NCBI GenBank assembly: GCA_039927595.1
Contig: JBDSUT010000174.1
Location: forward strand, 217 to 64,216
DNA: 64,000 bases
Origin: Terrimesophilobacter sp.
GTDB taxonomy: Bacteria > Actinomycetota > Actinomycetes > Actinomycetales > Microbacteriaceae
Direction: 5' to 3'
In this document: one piece after another, positions 60,464-64,000 of the stretch
How positions within the stretch are numbered: position 1 is the first letter of the stretch
Layout: each line of letters opens with the position of its first letter
Position numbers and translations under genes: made by a program
Notes under the pieces: generated by a model
What the model saw: only the letters and a program-made list of their open reading frames with translations
The model's database searches: none
What the model was told of the DNA's origin: nothing

Positions 60464-60471
60464 ATCGTTCC

Positions 60472-61062
60472 TTAGTTGAGCGTTTCGGTCAGGTGGGTGA
60501 TCGCCACAGGAGTCACCACTCCGTTAACGCTTTTGTCATGAAGTTCGGTGGGTACTGTATCAACGAGCTCGTTGTCAAAGATCACCGCGTACACGGGTGG
60601 GCACTTCTTCATTGATCCGAGCGTGCGGTCAAAATATCCGCGGCCCCAGCCCATGCGCATTCCGCTGCGGTCGACAGCAGCTGCGGGAACAAGAATGAGG
60701 TCAACGTCGTTGATCGCGATCGGCCCAAGAAGGTCGCCTACGGGCTCGGGCATCCCGTGCAGGCCTTCTTGTTCGGCGTCACTCAGCACGGCCCAGTCGA
60801 GAAGACCATCGTCCCTGCTGATGGGCAGCAGAATGCGGATGTCTCGCTCACTAGCCCAGACCAGGAACGGTCGAATATTGGGCTCATCTTGAGTCGGAAG
60901 GTACGCTGCGATAGAGCGAGCGCCCATGCTGGTCGTGAGTTCGACGAGGTGCGCAGTGAATCCTGCTGTCGCGTTCTCGAGCTCTGAGGATGTCATGGCG
61001 CGGCGTCGCCCACGCAGCTCAGCGCGCAGTGCGCGCTTCTGGTGGCCTTCGTCACCGATCAT
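60472..61062 (-). CDS. 5-formyltetrahydrofolate cyclo-ligase
   Basis: KRALR, LVPAAAVD, RMGWGRGYFDR, HD. Confidence 0.92.
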   Translation of the reverse strand: MIGDEGHQKRALRAELRGRRRAMTSSELENATAGFTAHLVELTTSMGARSIAAYLPTQDEPNIRPFLVWASERDIRILLPISRDDGLLDWAVLSDAEQEGLHGMPEPVGDLLGPIAINDVDLILVPAAAVDRSGMRMGWGRGYFDRTLGSMKKCPPVYAVIFDNELVDTVPTELHDKSVNGVVTPVAITHLTETLN

Positions 61063-61101
61063 TCACCCAGTTTACGGGGCGTGGCCGGGTAACCTTGCCC
61101 C

Positions 61102-61995
61102 ATGGCATTTCAGATCACTAAAGCGGTCATCCCGGCAGCGGGGCTCGGTACCCGTTTTTTGCCTGCAACAAAGGCGATGCCGAAAGAAATGTTGCCCGTG
61201 GTGGATAAGCCGGCCATCCAGTACGTGGTGGAGGAGGCGGTCGCTGCCGGGCTTCGCGATGTGCTCATGATTACCGGACGAAATAAGAGCGCATTGGAGA
61301 ACCATTTCGATCGCGTCGGCGAACTTGAGGCAGCGCTCGAAACCAAGGGCGACACGACGCGGCTGCGTACGGTCAACTATTCAACCGACCTCGCCGACGT
61401 GCACTATTTGCGTCAAGGCGATCCCCTGGGACTCGGGCACGCGGTGCTGCGCGCGAAGATGCACGTGGGCAACGAGCCGTTCGCAGTGCTGCTCGGCGAT
61501 GACCTCATCGATCCCCGTGATCCACTTTTGAGCCGGATGATCGAAGTACAGGTGCAGCGCAACTCCTCCGTGATTGCGTTGCTCGAAGTTGACCCAGCCC
61601 TCGCTCACCTTTACGGTATCGCCACGGTGGAGGCCACCCAAGAAGACGACATTGTTCGAATAACTGGCTTGGTGGAGAAGCCAGCAGTGGGTACCCAACT
61701 GTCGAACCTCGCCATCATTGGTCGCTACGTTTTGCGACCCGAGGTTTTTGGGGTGCTCGAGAAGACTGAGCCGGGCAAGGGCAATGAAATCCAGTTGACG
61801 GATGCGCTGCAAACTCTTGCCACTGACCCAACCATTGCCGGTGGCGTGTACGGGGTCGTGTTCCGTGGCCGCCGGTACGACACGGGTGATCGGCTCGACT
61901 ACATTAAGGCGATCGTGCAGCTCGCTTCAGAGCGCCCCGATCTGGGGCCGGAGCTTCGCCCCTGGTTGAAGAAGTTCGCCGAAACTCTGGACTGA
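61102..61995 (+). CDS. galU: UTP--glucose-1-phosphate uridylyltransferase
   Basis: KAVIPAAGLGTRFLPATKAMPKEMLP, GLGHAV, VEKP, EIQLTDA. Confidence 0.96.
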   Translation: MAFQITKAVIPAAGLGTRFLPATKAMPKEMLPVVDKPAIQYVVEEAVAAGLRDVLMITGRNKSALENHFDRVGELEAALETKGDTTRLRTVNYSTDLADVHYLRQGDPLGLGHAVLRAKMHVGNEPFAVLLGDDLIDPRDPLLSRMIEVQVQRNSSVIALLEVDPALAHLYGIATVEATQEDDIVRITGLVEKPAVGTQLSNLAIIGRYVLRPEVFGVLEKTEPGKGNEIQLTDALQTLATDPTIAGGVYGVVFRGRRYDTGDRLDYIKAIVQLASERPDLGPELRPWLKKFAETLD

Positions 61996-61997
61996 TC

Positions 61998-62639
61998 ATG
62001 GCCATTCCCACTCTGAGCGACGGCGACATCACGATTCGTGGCGTGCGTGTTCGGGATGCCCGCAAACTCGAACGCGAACTGATGGGCAACCGAGGCTGGT
62101 TGCGCAAGTGGGAGGCGACCAGCCCGGGCAGCATGGTGAGTTTTGACGTGCGTTCCAGCATCCGGTGGCTACTTTCTCAAGCACGGGCCGGCGCCGGGCT
62201 ACCGTTCGTTATCGAGTACAAAGGCGAGTTGGCGGGGCAACTGAATGTGTCGTCCATCGTTCGCGGGAGTGTCTCGATGGCGACGATCGGCTACTGGGTT
62301 GCCGAGCGGTTCGCGGGCAAAGGCCTCACCCCCACCGCGGTGGCGCTCGCGAGCGACTATTGCTTCTTTGAGATGGGCTTGCATCGCATGGAGATCTGCA
62401 TCCGGCCCGAGAACGAGCCTTCGCTGCGCGTGGTGGAGAAACTTGGGTTTCGGTACGAGGGATTGCGTCAACGGTTCATCCACATTGACGGAGACTGGCG
62501 TGACCACTTTTGCTTCGCCCTCACCGTGGAAGAGCTGCCGGTCGGCGTTCTTCGACGCTGGAAGGATGGCAAAGTACCTGCCGGCGCGGGAGTGGTGTCT
62601 GCTGACGAGCGTGAGCTGGCTCGGCGCGCCAGAACGTAG
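61998..62639 (+). CDS. RimJ-like GNAT N-acetyltransferase
   Basis: WLRKWEAT, IGYWV, LHRMEICIRPEN, HIDGDWRDH. Confidence 0.88.
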   Translation: MAIPTLSDGDITIRGVRVRDARKLERELMGNRGWLRKWEATSPGSMVSFDVRSSIRWLLSQARAGAGLPFVIEYKGELAGQLNVSSIVRGSVSMATIGYWVAERFAGKGLTPTAVALASDYCFFEMGLHRMEICIRPENEPSLRVVEKLGFRYEGLRQRFIHIDGDWRDHFCFALTVEELPVGVLRRWKDGKVPAGAGVVSADERELARRART

Positions 62640-62668
62640 TTCTGCTGTGCCCGCTTTACCTTTGGTGC

Positions 62669-63595
62669 ATGGGTATTGACGGAATCGGTTCGAGCGTCAT
62701 CATCGCGCTCGCGGCGGTCATGTGGTTCCTCTATCTGATCCCCACCTGGTTCAAGCGCCAAGAGTATTTGGCCACGGAGCGCAACGCCGTACGCCTGCAG
62801 CAGACGATGCGCATTCTCGCGGAGAGCGCCGAAATGCCTTCCGTCGTTCGTGTGGAAGCGACCGCGCGCACCGTGGCGGCCCAGCAGCGCGCTCTTCGGA
62901 TGCAGCAGCGCAACACGGCCCGCACCGTTTTTGCCCGCACGACAGAATCGATTTCTGATCAGGCTCAGCGCACCGTGGATTCCGGAGCTCGCACGCGCCG
63001 CCGCCTGCGCCGATCGCGTGCGCTTGCCACCATCGTGCTCATGGTTTCACTCGCCGGTGTTGGCTTTGGGATGCCGGCGGCCACAGCCGGCAACTGGCTG
63101 TTGTTGCTCGTTTCAGTCGCAGTCGGGGCTGGCTCTATCGCTCTGCTCGGGCAGGCCGCAACGGTGACGCGAGCGCGTACGGACCTGCGGCGGGCCTCGC
63201 TCGCCTCAGCCTCGCCGAGCGCGCTGCACGATCAGGCTGACTACGCGCCCCAGCGCCCTGCGGGTTGGACCCCTGTGCCGATCCCCAAACCGCTGTACCT
63301 CTCGGGCCTGGCCCCCGCGCCCCGCTCAGCGGTGTCGCATGTTTCGGCACAACCTCGGTCAACGGAGGTTGCGGCTGAGTTCGATCACGCCGCAGCGCTG
63401 CGAGCAGCATCCGTTGAATCCGAACGCGCACTGCGTGCAGCGCAGGCGGCCCCCGAGGTCGCGCGCATCAGCAGACCTGTTCAGGCCCCGGCAGAAGCTC
63501 CCAGCCGGTTCGCTTCGATGGGCGTGCTCGACCCGAACGCCAGCAACGCTACCGATCTCGACGAGATCCTGCGTCGTCGCCGCGCCGCGGGCTAG
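62669..63595 (+). CDS. Membrane protein, GlpR/SepX-like position and architecture
   Basis: N-terminal TM ending WFLYLIP, two further TMs, GWTPVPIPKPLY motif, ends RRRAAG; lies between rimJ and tRNA-Ala. Confidence 0.65.
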   Translation: MGIDGIGSSVIIALAAVMWFLYLIPTWFKRQEYLATERNAVRLQQTMRILAESAEMPSVVRVEATARTVAAQQRALRMQQRNTARTVFARTTESISDQAQRTVDSGARTRRRLRRSRALATIVLMVSLAGVGFGMPAATAGNWLLLLVSVAVGAGSIALLGQAATVTRARTDLRRASLASASPSALHDQADYAPQRPAGWTPVPIPKPLYLSGLAPAPRSAVSHVSAQPRSTEVAAEFDHAAALRAASVESERALRAAQAAPEVARISRPVQAPAEAPSRFASMGVLDPNASNATDLDEILRRRRAAG

Positions 63596-63679
63596 TTGTC
63601 AACGCTCTCTGGATAGCGCGTGGCTAGAAGCGAACCTGCCCGCTGCTTTCAGCATGATAAGTTTGCTACGCAACAGTGA

Positions 63680-63755
63680 GGGGCTATGGCGCAGTTGGTA
63701 GCGCGCTTCGTTCGCATCGAAGAGGTCAGGAGTTCGAATCTCCTTAGCTCCACCA
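63680..63755 (+). tRNA. tRNA-Ala (CGC)
   Basis: GGGGCTA/TAGCTCC acceptor stem with G3:U70, anticodon arm CTTCG-TTCGCAT-CGAAG, T-loop TTCGAAT, encoded CCA; 76 nt. Confidence 0.97.
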
Positions 63756-64000
63756 CGGTTTTTAATGCGCGTCGAGCGCCTTGTTTTCTCCGCTTTAATG
63801 AGCGCGCGGTTCGAGGTGGGGCCGGCCGTCCACAAGCGAGCCCGGCTGAGTGCTTGTGGGCGAAAAAATTACTGTCCGTGGCGATGCTGATGCCTCCTAG
63901 AACGTCGACTTCGTAGGCGGTGCGAAACAGACGATGGTCATCTATGCAGGGGGTGCGCCGCACGAGTACATCGCCTGAATGTACGGAGGTCGCAGATCCG

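Noticed and set aside
63756-64000. Possible integration site after tRNA-Ala, and a hairpin at 63828-63861
   Set aside because: No integrase, tRNA 3' duplication or convincing ORF within the window; the hairpin has no downstream U-tract on either strand.

Overview
High-GC actinobacterial chromosome segment whose gene content and order fit the Microbacteriaceae (inferred). Core blocks: two ABC exporters, the FMN-riboswitch-led ribD-ribE-ribBA-ribH operon, trpS-xth-yihY-sdhCDAB-manC, a BMP-type nucleoside ABC importer with cdd, deoA and add, an NlpC/P60 peptidase, a giant DUF4011/SF1-helicase-like protein with degenerate motifs, mscL-fmdB-5FCL-galU-rimJ-glpR, and tRNA-Ala(CGC). Three accessory modules interrupt this backbone. 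(1) A mevalonate pathway cluster at 5.9-15.1 kb, with a class II HMG-CoA reductase fused to mevalonate kinase, and an HMG-CoA synthase that heads an apparent operon with an FMO, a BASS symporter and an extended SDR. (2) A 7 kb block between deoA and add, where two same-length nucleoside hydrolase paralogs bracket an RpiB-like isomerase lacking the canonical phosphate-binding residues, two class II aldolase modules and a rhamnulokinase-like kinase. This is the best candidate for an undescribed pathway: catabolism of a nucleoside-derived free sugar via a ketose-1-phosphate. (3) A C50 carotenoid cluster (crtE-B-I-Ye-Yf-Eb, crtR, mmpL) whose idi-like first gene is decayed. trpS carries an in-frame TAG, and several conserved motif glycines show G>T changes, so sequence error or DNA damage must be considered. 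No CRISPR array, IS element or integrase was seen. All calls come from motif reading by eye; no searches were run.
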